Shown here in pieces: positions 1-10,471 of a DNA stretch of 64,000 bases. Source of the DNA: Alphaproteobacteria bacterium (GTDB taxonomy: Bacteria > Pseudomonadota > Alphaproteobacteria > Bin95); the NCBI GenBank assembly GCA_963665325.3, contig CAXXWS020000002.1, positions 256,001-320,000 of the forward strand, given 5' to 3'. How positions within the stretch are numbered: position 1 is the first letter of the stretch; each line of letters opens with the position of its first letter. Position numbers and translations under genes: made by a program. Under the pieces are notes generated by a model. That model was not told where the DNA came from, made no database searches, and worked only from the letters and a program-made list of their open reading frames with translations.

Positions 1-1
1 C

Positions 2-847
2 ACGCTTGCGCGGGTCATGTCGGGCCTGTTGCCGGCGACCGACGGGGAGATATTGCTGGATGGGCAGGCCCTCCGCCCCGGTCTCCAGCAGCGGGCGCGC
101 AGCGAGCTCCAGAAAGTGCAATTCGTGTTCCAGATGGCGGATGTCGCCCTCAATCCGCGACAGAGGATCGGCGGCATTCTCGGGCGCCCGCTCGAGTTCT
201 ATTTCGGCCTGAGGGGGAAGGAAAAGCGACAGCGCGTCGCCGAACTTCTGCAAATGGTGGAGTTGCCGGCCGAGTTTGCCGGGCGGTATCCGGAGGAGCT
301 GTCGGGCGGGCAGAAACAACGGGTCAATCTCGCCCGCGCGCTCGCGGCATCGCCGGAGGTGCTGCTCTGCGACGAGGTGATTTCCGCGCTCGACACCATC
401 GTTGGCGCCAATGTCATCGAACTCCTCAAGCGGCTGCGGCGGCAGAGCGGCGTCTCGTTCGTCTTCATCAGCCACGATCTGTCCACCGTGGCGTCCTTCG
501 CCGACGACATCGTCGTGCTCTATGCCGGGCGGGTGGTCGAGCAGGGGCCGACGGACCGGGTGCTCTCACCCCCGTATCATCCCTATACCCGGTTGTTGAT
601 CGCGTCGGTTCCGGAGCTTCGCATCGGCTGGCTGGAAGAGACGATGGAGAGCCAGGCAGCGCAGGCGGGCATCGACCGCGTGGTCACGATGACCGATGTG
701 GGCTGCCCGTTCTTCGACCGCTGCCCGATCGCCATCGCAGGGACCTGCGACCGAGAAACGCCGCCCGTCCGGCATCTCGGCGCCCGGCATGCTATCGAAT
801 GCCACCGGAGCGAGTCGGAGTTTCTCGAGGGGATGACGCCGGCCTGA
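2..847 (+). CDS. Dipeptide/oligopeptide ABC transporter ATP-binding protein (5'-truncated by window edge)
   Basis: Frame open to the window start (TLARVMSGLL, just after Walker A); signature LSGGQKQR, Walker B LLCDE, H-loop ISHD, C-terminal HPYT..GCPF..RC oligo_HPY motif. Confidence 0.92.
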   Translation, partial: TLARVMSGLLPATDGEILLDGQALRPGLQQRARSELQKVQFVFQMADVALNPRQRIGGILGRPLEFYFGLRGKEKRQRVAELLQMVELPAEFAGRYPEELSGGQKQRVNLARALAASPEVLLCDEVISALDTIVGANVIELLKRLRRQSGVSFVFISHDLSTVASFADDIVVLYAGRVVEQGPTDRVLSPPYHPYTRLLIASVPELRIGWLEETMESQAAQAGIDRVVTMTDVGCPFFDRCPIAIAGTCDRETPPVRHLGARHAIECHRSESEFLEGMTPA

Positions 848-874
848 CCGGCCCCGGCGAGTCGGAGGGGAAGA

Positions 875-1999
875 ATGTACCCCGTGCTGGACTTGTTGCT
901 TCGCTCCCGGCGACAGCCGCCAAGGCGGCTGCCCAACTCGGACATCGCCGCCGCCCGACGGGGGTTGGCGGCGCTGGGCGTATATCTGGTCGCCATAACG
1001 GCGAGCCATACGCTCGCCATGATGGCATTCGAGGGGCTGGGTCTCGGCGACGCCGCCTGGCTGACGGCAACCACGATGACGACGGTCGGCTATGGCGACC
1101 TGTCTGCATCGACGGCAGCGGGGCGGTGGTCCACCGTCCTGCTGGTGTATGTCGGCGGCGTGTTTGCGCTGGGAAAAGGCGCGGCCGACTATTTCGAATA
1201 TCGGGCGAACCGGCTCGCGCTCAGGAGGCGCGGCCTCTGGAGGTGGCGGTTGAAGGACCATGTGCTGATCGTCAATGCGCCGACTGCGGGCGCCGATCCC
1301 TATTTCGAAACGCTGCTGCGACAGTTCCGGGAGACCGCATGGGGGCGGAACAGGGATGTTCTTATCCTCTCCACCTGCTGGCCGGAGGGGCTTCCCGACA
1401 GCCTCGCCCGTCTCGGCGTGGTCCATGTCCACGGCGGATCCGCCTCGGACGAAAAACTGCTGGACTCGGGGGCGGTGGACGCGGCGGCCGTGGTCGTGCT
1501 TGCCAGCGACGAGAAAGATACGGCATCGGACGGGACGGCTTTCGACCTGGTGCACCGGCTGGTCGGCATGGGCGCGAAGGGGCGGATTGCCGTGGAATGC
1601 GTGAACGACCGGAACCGGGACCGGCTGCGCGACGCCGGCGCCTCGACGGTCATGCGGCCCATGCGCGGCTATCCGGAAATGCTGGTCCGGGCGCTGATTG
1701 CGCCGGGCTCGGAATCGATCATCGAAGACCTCTTCACGCGGCACGGCGATGAGTGCGTTCGATTTGAGGTGCCGGTCGCAGGAATCGTCTGGGGACCGCT
1801 GGCCGCCCGCCTGATCTCCGCCGGCGCGGGGACGGCGCTGGCATATGCCGATGCAGCCGACGGGAAGGTGGTCGTCAATCCGCGCCCCGGGCAGCGCATA
1901 TCCGCCTCGGCGCTCTTCCTGGTGGTCAAGGAAGGGTACGAGCCGACCGCGGACATGGTGGCCCGGTTGATCCGGGAGGAAAGTGAAGTCGCGGCGTGA
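875..1999 (+). CDS. Potassium channel protein (2-TM pore plus RCK/TrkA-N domain)
   Basis: Selectivity filter TMTTVGYGD between two hydrophobic helices, then a Rossmann-like RCK region (HVHGG..DEKLL..GA..AAAVVVLA); GGAGGG SD upstream. Confidence 0.88.
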   Translation: MYPVLDLLLRSRRQPPRRLPNSDIAAARRGLAALGVYLVAITASHTLAMMAFEGLGLGDAAWLTATTMTTVGYGDLSASTAAGRWSTVLLVYVGGVFALGKGAADYFEYRANRLALRRRGLWRWRLKDHVLIVNAPTAGADPYFETLLRQFRETAWGRNRDVLILSTCWPEGLPDSLARLGVVHVHGGSASDEKLLDSGAVDAAAVVVLASDEKDTASDGTAFDLVHRLVGMGAKGRIAVECVNDRNRDRLRDAGASTVMRPMRGYPEMLVRALIAPGSESIIEDLFTRHGDECVRFEVPVAGIVWGPLAARLISAGAGTALAYADAADGKVVVNPRPGQRISASALFLVVKEGYEPTADMVARLIREESEVAA

Positions 2000-2026
2000 C
2001 GAGATCCGGGACCGCGCTCCCGGGCC

Positions 2027-3589
2027 TCATGCCCCCGTCCGGTCGGGCCGGGACGGTAGCAGCCGGCGCACTTCCCCCGCCCTGACGGCGCCGAGGCCGA
2101 GCGCAGCCAGAACGAAGACCGCGAGGCCGCCGCCGCAGAGCGCCGCCAGCGCGGCGATCCGCCGGGCCTCCCCGCCGTCGAGCCAGGAGCCGGCCGCTTC
2201 GAGCCCGGCGACAAGCGCTGCAGCCATGATGAGCGCCGCCCCGGCCGCGCGCGGCAACCGGGAGAGCAGGCGCTTGTCCGCCCGGCAATGATCGCGCCGC
2301 CGGAGCGCGGCCCAGAGCAGCGCCGTGTTCGCCCAGGCTGCCGCGCTCGTTGCCGCAGCGATGCCGACATGGCCGATGACGCGGTAGAGCGCCAGGCTGA
2401 GGCCCGTGTTGAGCACCACGACGACGACCGTGATCCGGAACGGGGTGCGCATGTCCTCGCGAGCGAAGAATCCCGGCTGCAATATCCGCACCAGCACGAA
2501 GGCGGGCAGGCCGGCCGCGAAGGCGGCGATCGCCGCTGCCGTCGCTTCCGTGTCCGCCGCGGAGAAGGCGCCGCGCTCGAACAGCACACGGGCAACCGCC
2601 TCGGGCATGGCGATGAGCGCGGCGGCGGCCGGCAGCGCGAGCAGCATCGCGACCTCGATGGCCCGGTTCATCTCGTTGGCGGCCCCCGCGCTGTCGCCGG
2701 TCTGCAGCGTGCGGGTGAGGCGCGGAAGCAGCGCCGTGCCGAGCGCGATGCCAACCACGCCGAGCGGCAGCTGGTAGATGCGGTCGGCGTAGTGCAGCCA
2801 GGCGACGGCCCCGGTCGGCAGCAGCGAGGCGATCACCGTGCCGATCAACAGGTTGATCTGGAGCGCGCCCGCGGACAGCGTGCCCGGCACCAGCTGGCGC
2901 AGCAGCCGGCGGACGCCGCGCGTGAGCCGGGGGAAGCGCAGACGGAGCCTGAGCCGCGCCCGGCGCATGTCCCAGAGGATCAACGCCAGCTGCCCGAACC
3001 CGGCAATGCTGACGCCGATGGCGAGCGCGAGCCCCGGCGCGCCGGTCCAGAGCGCCGATACGGCGAGCGCGGCGATCAGCACGACATTGAGCAGGATCGG
3101 CGCGGCGGACGGGACCGCGAAGCGGTAGAAGCTGTTCAGTATGCCGGCGAAGAATGCCAGCAGCGCCATGCAGAGCAGATAGGGGAAGGTGAGCCGCGAG
3201 AACAGCACCGCGGGCCCGAAGCGTTCCGGCTGGTCGAGGAAGCCCGGCGCTAGGATCGTCACCAGGATCGGCATGAAGGCTTCGGCAAGCGCGGTGAACA
3301 CAAGCAGCGCCGCGAACAGCACCGCCATTACTTCCTCGGCGAAGGCGAGCGCGGCTTTCCTTCCGTCCTGCTGGAGCCGGCCCGAGAACATCGGCACGAA
3401 GGCTGCAGCGAAAGCGCCCTCGGCAAACAGCCGGCGGAACAGGTTGGGCAGCCGGAAGGCAACCAGGAAGGCGTCTGCGATGGGACCGGCACCGAGCAAG
3501 GCGGCGAAGGTGAGGTCGCGCACGAAGCCCAGCACCCGGCTTGCCATCGTGTAGCCGCCGACGGTCGCGGCGGCGCGCAGAAGCGCCAT
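2027..3589 (-). CDS. murJ: Lipid II flippase MurJ (MviN)
   Basis: SRVLGFVRD, ADAFLVAFRLPNLFRRLFAEGAF, YADRIYQLPLG motifs; follows glnD as usual in Alphaproteobacteria. Confidence 0.97.
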   Translation of the reverse strand: MALLRAAATVGGYTMASRVLGFVRDLTFAALLGAGPIADAFLVAFRLPNLFRRLFAEGAFAAAFVPMFSGRLQQDGRKAALAFAEEVMAVLFAALLVFTALAEAFMPILVTILAPGFLDQPERFGPAVLFSRLTFPYLLCMALLAFFAGILNSFYRFAVPSAAPILLNVVLIAALAVSALWTGAPGLALAIGVSIAGFGQLALILWDMRRARLRLRLRFPRLTRGVRRLLRQLVPGTLSAGALQINLLIGTVIASLLPTGAVAWLHYADRIYQLPLGVVGIALGTALLPRLTRTLQTGDSAGAANEMNRAIEVAMLLALPAAAALIAMPEAVARVLFERGAFSAADTEATAAAIAAFAAGLPAFVLVRILQPGFFAREDMRTPFRITVVVVVLNTGLSLALYRVIGHVGIAAATSAAAWANTALLWAALRRRDHCRADKRLLSRLPRAAGAALIMAAALVAGLEAAGSWLDGGEARRIAALAALCGGGLAVFVLAALGLGAVRAGEVRRLLPSRPDRTGA

Positions 3590-3598
3590 TGCCTGCCC

Positions 3599-6340
3599 TC
3601 AGCCGGTTTCGTCGGGGCCCGCTATCGCTTGGAGCAGTATCTCATGCACGCGGGCGAGCTTGCCGTCATGGACGACTTTCAGCCCGAACACGTCCTTCAC
3701 ATAGAACACATCGACCACCCGTTCGCCATAGGTGGCGATGCGCGCCGTGGTAATCCGGAGGCTGAGGTCCGACAGCGCGCGCGCCACATCGAACAGAAAG
3801 CCCGGGCGGTCGCGTCCGTTGACCTCGATCACGGTGTGGGTGGCCGACGCGCGGTTGTCGATCAGCACGCGCGGCGGCACGGTGAACACGGCGGTGCGCG
3901 AGGGCCAGCCGCGCCGGCGGCGGACCTCCTGCCTGAGGTCGATCTCGCCGCTGAGGGCCTCGCGCACCCGGCGTTCCAGCGCCTGCAACTGGCGCGTGCC
4001 GGTCACCGCGTGGGCTTCGGCATCCTGGACCTGGAAGGTGTCGATGGCGATTCCGTTCGCAAAGGTGAAGACCCTGGCCTCGACAACGCTCATTCCCGAC
4101 GCGGCAAGCGCGCCTGCGAAACGCGAGAACAGGCCCGGATGGTCCTGCGCGCAGAATACGACCTCAGTGACCGCGCGGCTCTCGTCGATACGCGCCTTCA
4201 CCGAGAGCGCCGAGGGATCGTCCCGGACCTCCGCGATCATGTCGGCGTGATGCACCAGGGTGTCGCGGTCCCAGGCGAGCCAGTAACTGGCGGGCGCGGC
4301 GTCGGCGAATTCGGCGAAGACCTCGTCCGGCCAGCCGGGCAGGGCGGCGCGAAGCTCATCCTGCGCCTCGCTGACCCGTTCGGCGGCGGCGAGGCGGATA
4401 TCGCCGCCGGTCAGCAATTCCTCGGTCTTGAAATAGAGCTCGCGCAGGAGCGCGGCCTTCCAGGCGTTCCAGACATTGGGGCCGACCGCGCGGATGTCGG
4501 CGACGGTCAGCACCAGCAGCAGGCGCAGCCGCTCCGGCGACTGCACCAGGTCGGCGAAATCGGCAATGGCGCTTGCATCGTTCAGGTCCAGCTTGAAGGC
4601 GGCGGCACTCATCGCAAGATGGTGGCGCACCAGCCAGGACACCGTTTCGGTCTCCTCCGCGCTCAGGCCGAGCTCCGGCCCGAGCCTGAGCGCGTCCTCC
4701 GCTCCCAGGATCGAATGGTCGCCGCCGCGCCCCTTGGCGATGTCGTGCATGAAGACGGCGAGATAGAGCGCCCGGCGCGAGAGCACCTTGTGGACGACTT
4801 CGGAGGCGACCGGGGCCTCTTCCCGGAGCTCGCCCTGCTCAATGCGGTACAGGATGCCGATGGCCCGGATCGTGTGCTCGTCCACGGTGTAGGTATGGTA
4901 CATGTCGTATTGCATCTGCGCCACGACCCGCCCGAACACCGGAATCAGGCGGCCGAGCACGCCGGCCTCGTTCATCCGCCGGAGCGTGACGTCGGGCGCC
5001 ATGGTCGAGGTCATCATGTCCAGGAACAGTCCGGCGGCTTCCGGCCGGCGGTGGAAGCCGGAGTCGATCCGGTGCAGGTTCCGCGTCACCTGGCGCAGCG
5101 CCGCCGGGTGGATGTCCAGCTCGTGGTGCTGCGCCTCGTGGAACAGCCGCAGCATGGCGGTCGGGTCTTCGGCGAAGGCATCCTCGTGCGCAAGGTTGAG
5201 CCAGCCGCTCTCGGCGGAGAACGGCCCCATCTGCCTGTCGCGGGTCAGAAGCCGGGAGATGGAGAACAAAGGCTTGCGGCGGTGCTCGTCCTCCAGCGCG
5301 GCGCAGAAGATGCGCGTCAGGTCGCCGACCTTCTTCGCCTCCAGATAATAGTGCTTCATGAAGCGCTCGACCGGGCGCGCGCCGGCGCGGCTGCGGTAGC
5401 CCAGGCGGGAGGCGATCTCCTGCTGGAGGTCGAAAGTCAGCCGTTCCTCGGCCCGTCCGGCCAGGTAGTGCAGATGGCAGCGCACGGTGGACAGGAAGCG
5501 CTCCGCCTTGACGAAGGCCGCAAGCTCGGCGTTCGAGAACACGCCTTTCGCCGCCAGCTCGCCCACCTCGTCCACCCGGTAGAGATATTTGGCGATCCAG
5601 TAGAGGGTGTGGAGGTCGCGCAGCCCGCCCTTGCCTTCCTTGACGTTCGGCTCAACGACATAGCGGCTGTCGCCGAAGCGCAGATGCCGTTCGTCCCGCT
5701 CGGCCAGTTTTCGCTCGGCGAATTCCGGGCCGGTCTTCCTGACCAGCTCGTCGGCGAAGCGGGTGCGAAACTCCTCGTAAAGCCCGGCTTCGCCCCAGAG
5801 AAAGCGCGTCTCCAGCAGGCTCGTGCAGATCGTCGTGTCCCGGCCGGCAAGCCGGAGGCACTCCTCGGCCGAGCGCGTGGCGTGGCCGACTTTGAGGCCC
5901 GTGTCCCAGAGCAGCAGCAACACATATTCGACGATCTGCTCGACCCTGGGCGTCACCTTCCAGGGCAGCAGGAACAGCAGGTCGAGGTCCGAATAAGGGG
6001 CGAGGCTGCCGCGTCCGTAGCCGCCCTGGGCGACGAGCGCGAAGCGGTCGCCGGTGGTGGGGTTGGCGGCCGGGAACACCGTTCCGGCGACGAAGTCGAA
6101 CAGGCCGCCGGCGATCCTGTCCATGGACGAGGAGAGGCCGTGCATTGCGACATCTGCCGGTTGCCCGGCCTCGAAGGCCGCGCGCACGGCCCCGCGCGTC
6201 TCCTCCACCCCTTCTTTCAGGATTGCGAGTACCCGCTCCCGGTCGGGGCGCGTCTCGGAGCCCAGCGCATCGAGCCGGGCGACCGTCCGCGCCGCCTGCC
6301 GGGCGCTCTCCCCGGCAAATTGCAGGCCGGTTCCGTCCAC
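3599..6340 (-). CDS. glnD: [Protein-PII] uridylyltransferase/uridylyl-removing enzyme
   Basis: GGYGRG..SDLDL nucleotidyltransferase motif, EPNVKEGKGGLRDLH, HD domain (YTVDEH, HDIAKG), two C-terminal ACT domains (DHPGLF, DRPGFL). Confidence 0.97.
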   Translation of the reverse strand: MDGTGLQFAGESARQAARTVARLDALGSETRPDRERVLAILKEGVEETRGAVRAAFEAGQPADVAMHGLSSSMDRIAGGLFDFVAGTVFPAANPTTGDRFALVAQGGYGRGSLAPYSDLDLLFLLPWKVTPRVEQIVEYVLLLLWDTGLKVGHATRSAEECLRLAGRDTTICTSLLETRFLWGEAGLYEEFRTRFADELVRKTGPEFAERKLAERDERHLRFGDSRYVVEPNVKEGKGGLRDLHTLYWIAKYLYRVDEVGELAAKGVFSNAELAAFVKAERFLSTVRCHLHYLAGRAEERLTFDLQQEIASRLGYRSRAGARPVERFMKHYYLEAKKVGDLTRIFCAALEDEHRRKPLFSISRLLTRDRQMGPFSAESGWLNLAHEDAFAEDPTAMLRLFHEAQHHELDIHPAALRQVTRNLHRIDSGFHRRPEAAGLFLDMMTSTMAPDVTLRRMNEAGVLGRLIPVFGRVVAQMQYDMYHTYTVDEHTIRAIGILYRIEQGELREEAPVASEVVHKVLSRRALYLAVFMHDIAKGRGGDHSILGAEDALRLGPELGLSAEETETVSWLVRHHLAMSAAAFKLDLNDASAIADFADLVQSPERLRLLLVLTVADIRAVGPNVWNAWKAALLRELYFKTEELLTGGDIRLAAAERVSEAQDELRAALPGWPDEVFAEFADAAPASYWLAWDRDTLVHHADMIAEVRDDPSALSVKARIDESRAVTEVVFCAQDHPGLFSRFAGALAASGMSVVEARVFTFANGIAIDTFQVQDAEAHAVTGTRQLQALERRVREALSGEIDLRQEVRRRRGWPSRTAVFTVPPRVLIDNRASATHTVIEVNGRDRPGFLFDVARALSDLSLRITTARIATYGERVVDVFYVKDVFGLKVVHDGKLARVHEILLQAIAGPDETG

Positions 6341-6369
6341 GCGCCTTGCCCCCGCTGCCGTCAGGCGCG

Positions 6370-6398
6370 ACCATGGGCGGCAGAGGGCAGCCCGTCAA
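6370..6398 (-). promoter_or_regulatory. Putative sigma70 promoter of glnD-murJ
   Basis: Minus strand TTGACG-N17-CATGGT ending about 30 nt upstream of the GTG start. Confidence 0.5.
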
Positions 6399-6437
6399 GG
6401 CGGCGGGCGGCGCCGGTTGCAGCTATGGGGGCGACTT

Positions 6438-7058
6438 ATGGGTAACGGAATCCTGGCGGTGTGGACGGACTGCGCCGCGGACGGCGAAGCGGATTTCAAC
6501 GAGTGGTACAACCGCGAGCACCTGCCGGAGCGGGTGGGCGTGCCGGGTTTCCTCAAGGGCGTGCGCTACCGCGCGGTCGAGGCCGACCGGGGCTATTTCA
6601 CCTGGTACCGGACGGAGGATGTGGGCGTGCTGGCGTCGCAACCCTATCGCGACCGGCTGAACGACCCGACCGAGTGGACGCAGCGCGTGATGCACGTCTT
6701 CCGCAACACCATCCGCTCGGCGATGACGGTCGAGGCTGAGACGGGGGAAGCGTCCATAGGCGCCTGGGCGGCAGTGCTGCGGACGGACGAGGAGCTGGGC
6801 GCGGTCGATCTGGAAGGCCTTGCCGGGGCCGGGGAGGCCTTGAGCGCGATGCGTTGGCACCTCGACATGGGGGCGACGGGCAGTCCGACCGTGGAAGCCT
6901 CGATCCGCGGGCCGGACACGCAAGCGGCGCGGGCGGTGCTGGTCCAGACAACGACGGAAGCAGCGGCCCGCCGCGCGGCGGCGGCGCTCGCAGGGCAGGG
7001 CGAAGTGGGCGTCTATGCGCTGATGGCGGTGCTGATGAGCGAAGACCTGGCCGGTTGA
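6438..7058 (+). CDS. Hypothetical protein, dimeric alpha-beta barrel (EthD/DUF4286-like)
   Basis: ATG at 6438 (MGNGILAVWTD); motif DFNEWYNREHLPERVGVPGF typical of EthD-like barrels; the longer track ORF overlaps glnD. Confidence 0.75.
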   Translation: MGNGILAVWTDCAADGEADFNEWYNREHLPERVGVPGFLKGVRYRAVEADRGYFTWYRTEDVGVLASQPYRDRLNDPTEWTQRVMHVFRNTIRSAMTVEAETGEASIGAWAAVLRTDEELGAVDLEGLAGAGEALSAMRWHLDMGATGSPTVEASIRGPDTQAARAVLVQTTTEAAARRAAAALAGQGEVGVYALMAVLMSEDLAG

Positions 7059-7101
7059 GCGGTCGCGGCCGTTGCAGGGATGACAAGGGAGTGTGCAGTG
7101 G

Positions 7102-7177
<76 letters not shown>

Positions 7178-7296
7178 ACACATCGCAAGCTGTCGCCTCT
7201 AGGCGGCAGCCGGGAAGCGGGGTTATGTTGCAGGCTGCGGGAACCTGTCAAGGCCCCGCGCGACCTGCATCCATCCACCGGAGGCGTCCGGGGCCC

Positions 7297-7596
7297 ATGA
7301 ATGTCATCCTGATCCCGCTGCTCCAGCTTCTCGACATCGTGCTGGAGCTCTACCAGATCGTCCTGATCGTCTGGGTGGTGCTGAGCTGGCTGGTCTCCTT
7401 CAATGTGGTCAACACGGCCAACGGCTTCGTGCGCGGGGCCATGAACGTGCTTTGGCGGCTGACCGAACCGACGCTCCGCCCGATCCGGCGCTTCGTGCCC
7501 ATGGTCTCCGGGCTCGATTTCTCGCCGCTGATCCTGCTGCTCGCGATCTACTTCCTGCGCGGCGTGGTCGGCCGCATGATCTTCTCCATGGCCTGA
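7297..7596 (+). CDS. yggT: YggT family membrane protein
   Basis: [36 protein letters not shown]; upstream of folD as in other Alphaproteobacteria. Confidence 0.92.
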   Translation: MNVILIPLLQLLDIVLELYQIVLIVWVVLSWLVSFNVVNTANGFVRGAMNVLWRLTEPTLRPIRRFVPMVSGLDFSPLILLLAIYFLRGVVGRMIFSMA

Positions 7597-7612
7597 GGGG
7601 GGAGGAACTTCC

Positions 7613-8500
7613 ATGAGCAGTGCCCGAATCATCGATGGCAAGGAGCTTGCGGCGAAGCTGCGCGAGCGTGTGGCGGCGCAGGTCGCAGCGCTCGACGGAT
7701 CGGTCCGGCCCGGCCTCGCCGTGGTGCTGGTCGGCGAGGACCCGGCGAGCGCCGTCTATGTCCGCAACAAGAACCGCGAGACGCAGGCCGCCGGCATGGC
7801 CTCCTTCGAGCACAACCTGCCCGCCGACACGGGCGAGGCGGAACTGCTGGCGCTGGTGGCGAGCCTGAACCGCGACCCGGCGGTGCATGGCATCCTGGTG
7901 CAATTGCCGCTGCCGGACAGCATCGATTCCGCCAAGGTGCTGCGCGCCATCGACCCCGCCAAGGACGTGGACGGCTTCCATCCCGAGAATGTGGGCGCGC
8001 TTTGGACCGGCGCCCCGGCGCTCGCGCCCTGCACGCCGCGCGGCTGCATGACCATGCTGGCCGAGGTCCACCCCGCCGGGCTTGTCGGCAAGCGCGCGGT
8101 CGTCGTCGGCCGGTCCAATATCGTCGGCAAGCCGATGGCCGCTCTGCTTCTCGCGCAGCATTGCACGGTGACGCTCGCCCATTCCCGCACGCAGGACCTG
8201 CCGGGCGTCTGCCGGGGGGCGGACATCCTGGTGGCGGCCGTTGGGCGGGCGCGCATGATCGAGGGCGATTGGGTCCGGCCGGGCGCGACGGTGATCGATG
8301 TCGGCATCAACCGCATACCGGCGGAGCAGGAGGGCAAGACGCGGCTCGTCGGCGATGTCGATTTTGCAGGCGCCTCCGAGGTCGCGGGCGCCATCACGCC
8401 GGTGCCCGGCGGCGTCGGCCCGATGACGATCGCCTGCCTGCTCGCCAACACCGTGACTGCCGCCTGCCGTCTGGCGGGCGTGGCGGAACCGGAGGTCTGA
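7613..8500 (+). CDS. folD: Methylenetetrahydrofolate dehydrogenase/cyclohydrolase
   Basis: [48 protein letters not shown]. Confidence 0.98.
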   Translation: MSSARIIDGKELAAKLRERVAAQVAALDGSVRPGLAVVLVGEDPASAVYVRNKNRETQAAGMASFEHNLPADTGEAELLALVASLNRDPAVHGILVQLPLPDSIDSAKVLRAIDPAKDVDGFHPENVGALWTGAPALAPCTPRGCMTMLAEVHPAGLVGKRAVVVGRSNIVGKPMAALLLAQHCTVTLAHSRTQDLPGVCRGADILVAAVGRARMIEGDWVRPGATVIDVGINRIPAEQEGKTRLVGDVDFAGASEVAGAITPVPGGVGPMTIACLLANTVTAACRLAGVAEPEV

Positions 8501-8508
8501 GCGCAGCG

Positions 8509-9906
8509 ATGACCGACATTGGCGAGGGGGCGGGCGGCGCCCGCGAGGGCGCACTCGACCGCGTCCGCGACCACTATGACAGCGGCGCCTTCATAGAGGT
8601 GCTGGCGCGCCGCGTGGCGGTGCCGTCCACCAGCCAGGACCCGGCCTTCGCGCCCCATCTCTGGCGCTATCTGGAAGACGAGATCGCGCCCGCCGCCAGC
8701 GACATGGGCTTCGAGGTCCGGGTCGAGCCGAATCCGGAGGAGGGTGGCGGGCCCCTGCTGACGGCGGTGCGCCATGAGGGCGACGCGCTGCCGACCGTGC
8801 TGGTCTATGGCCATGGCGACACGGTGCTCGGCCATGAAGGCCAGTGGCGCGAGGGCCGCGACCCCTGGACCCTCGACCGGGATGGCGAGAAGCTCTACGG
8901 GCGCGGCACGGTGGACAACAAGGGCCAGCACGGCATCGCGCTCGCCGCGCTGGAGGCGGTGCTGGCGGAGCGCGGGCAGCTCGGCTTCAACGCGAAGCTG
9001 CTGGTCGAGACCAGCGAGGAGACCGGCTCGAAGGGCCTGCGCGCTTTCGCCGAGGGCAACCGGGAGCGGCTCGCCGCAGATGTGCTGATCGCGTCCGACG
9101 GGCCGCGCGTCGCGCCCGACAGGCCGACCGTCTATCTCGGCTCGCGCGGCGTCATCAACTATGCGCTGGAGATCGACGCCCGTGAGGGCGGGCACCATTC
9201 CGGCAATTGGGGCGGGCTGCTCTCCAACCCCGCAACCCGGCTCGCTAGCGCGGTCGCCAGCATGGTGGACGCGCGCGGACGCATCCTGGTCGAGGGCCTG
9301 AGGCCGCCGCCCATGTCCAATGCCGTGCGCACCGCGATTGCCGACTGCGCCGTGGACGGCGGGCCGGGCGCGCCGGAGATCGACCCCGACTGGGGCGAGC
9401 CGGGCCTCACGCCCTGGGAGCGTGTCTTCGGCTGGAACGCGCTCGAAGTGCTGGCCCTGGGCGCGGGCGATGCCGAGCGGCCGGTGAACGCCATTCCGCC
9501 GAGCGCCCGGGCCGTCATCCAGATGCGGTTCGTTGCGGGCTCGGACGATGAGGGCTTCCTGCCGGCGATCCGCGCGCATCTCGACGCAAATGGCTTCGAG
9601 GACGTGCAGGCCGCGCCCATGCGCACCACCATGAAGGCGACCCGCACGCCGCTCGACGATCCCTGGGTGCGCCGCGTCATGACCTCGGTCGAGAAGACGC
9701 TGGGTCGCCCCCCGGCGCTGCTCCCCAATCTCGGCGGCTCCATCCCGAACGACGTGTTCACCGACGTGCTCGCCATGCCGACCATCTGGGTGCCCCACTC
9801 CTTCGCCGGCTGCTCCCAACACGCCCCCAACGAACACGCCCTCGCCCCCCTGCTGCGCGAAGGCCTCGAAATGATGACCGGCATCTTCTGGGACATCGGC
9901 GCGTAG
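8509..9906 (+). CDS. M20 family metallopeptidase/amidohydrolase
   Basis: YGHGD, YGRGTVDNKGQH, SEE, HSGNWGG, QHAPNE metal-binding motifs; ATG at 8509. Confidence 0.92.
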   Translation: MTDIGEGAGGAREGALDRVRDHYDSGAFIEVLARRVAVPSTSQDPAFAPHLWRYLEDEIAPAASDMGFEVRVEPNPEEGGGPLLTAVRHEGDALPTVLVYGHGDTVLGHEGQWREGRDPWTLDRDGEKLYGRGTVDNKGQHGIALAALEAVLAERGQLGFNAKLLVETSEETGSKGLRAFAEGNRERLAADVLIASDGPRVAPDRPTVYLGSRGVINYALEIDAREGGHHSGNWGGLLSNPATRLASAVASMVDARGRILVEGLRPPPMSNAVRTAIADCAVDGGPGAPEIDPDWGEPGLTPWERVFGWNALEVLALGAGDAERPVNAIPPSARAVIQMRFVAGSDDEGFLPAIRAHLDANGFEDVQAAPMRTTMKATRTPLDDPWVRRVMTSVEKTLGRPPALLPNLGGSIPNDVFTDVLAMPTIWVPHSFAGCSQHAPNEHALAPLLREGLEMMTGIFWDIGA

Positions 9907-9996
9907 GGGACGCTGGCGTGCTACCTTCCGGTTCGGGCAAAAGGGGGTTCGAGCACGGTCCCAAGGTCTTCAACCGGGGCGAACAGGGAGGCTTAC

Positions 9997-10401
9997 ATGG
10001 CGAAACTTCGACATATCGCGGTCACGGTTCCGGACCTGGAGGCGGCGGCTCAGTTCTATGAGAACACCTTCGGCATGACGCGGCAGCAGCAGTCCGACAT
10101 CGCGATCCTGCTTTCCGACGGCACGGTCAGCCTGGCGATCCTGAAGTTCAGGACCGACGAGCAGGCGGGCGATGAGCGCGGCAAGGACTTTCACGGCCTG
10201 CACCATATGGGCTTCGTGGTCGATGACATCGACGCGATGAGCAAAGAGATCGAGGCCAATGGCGGGCGCTACCATATGCGGCTCCCGGACTCGGCCGACG
10301 GCGCGACCGAGATCAAGTTCTACGACCCCAACGGCGTCGTCTTCGACATCGTCACCGCCGACTACGCCACCAATGCCTGGGGCGCCAAGGTCTCGGACTG
10401 A
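9997..10401 (+). CDS. VOC (glyoxalase/bleomycin resistance) family protein
   Basis: LRHIAVTVPDLE..FY, GLHHMGFVVDD, FYDPNGVVFD; GGAGG SD. Confidence 0.9.
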   Translation: MAKLRHIAVTVPDLEAAAQFYENTFGMTRQQQSDIAILLSDGTVSLAILKFRTDEQAGDERGKDFHGLHHMGFVVDDIDAMSKEIEANGGRYHMRLPDSADGATEIKFYDPNGVVFDIVTADYATNAWGAKVSD

Positions 10402-10471
10402 CCGCGCCACTTGCCGCCGCGCGGGGCGGGCGGCTACAAGGCGGCGTTCGTTCCGAACGAAGGGACAGTCC

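Noticed and set aside
3629-6445. 938-aa plus-strand ORF
   Set aside because: Antisense shadow of glnD; GC-rich codon bias leaves reverse frames open; no recognisable motifs
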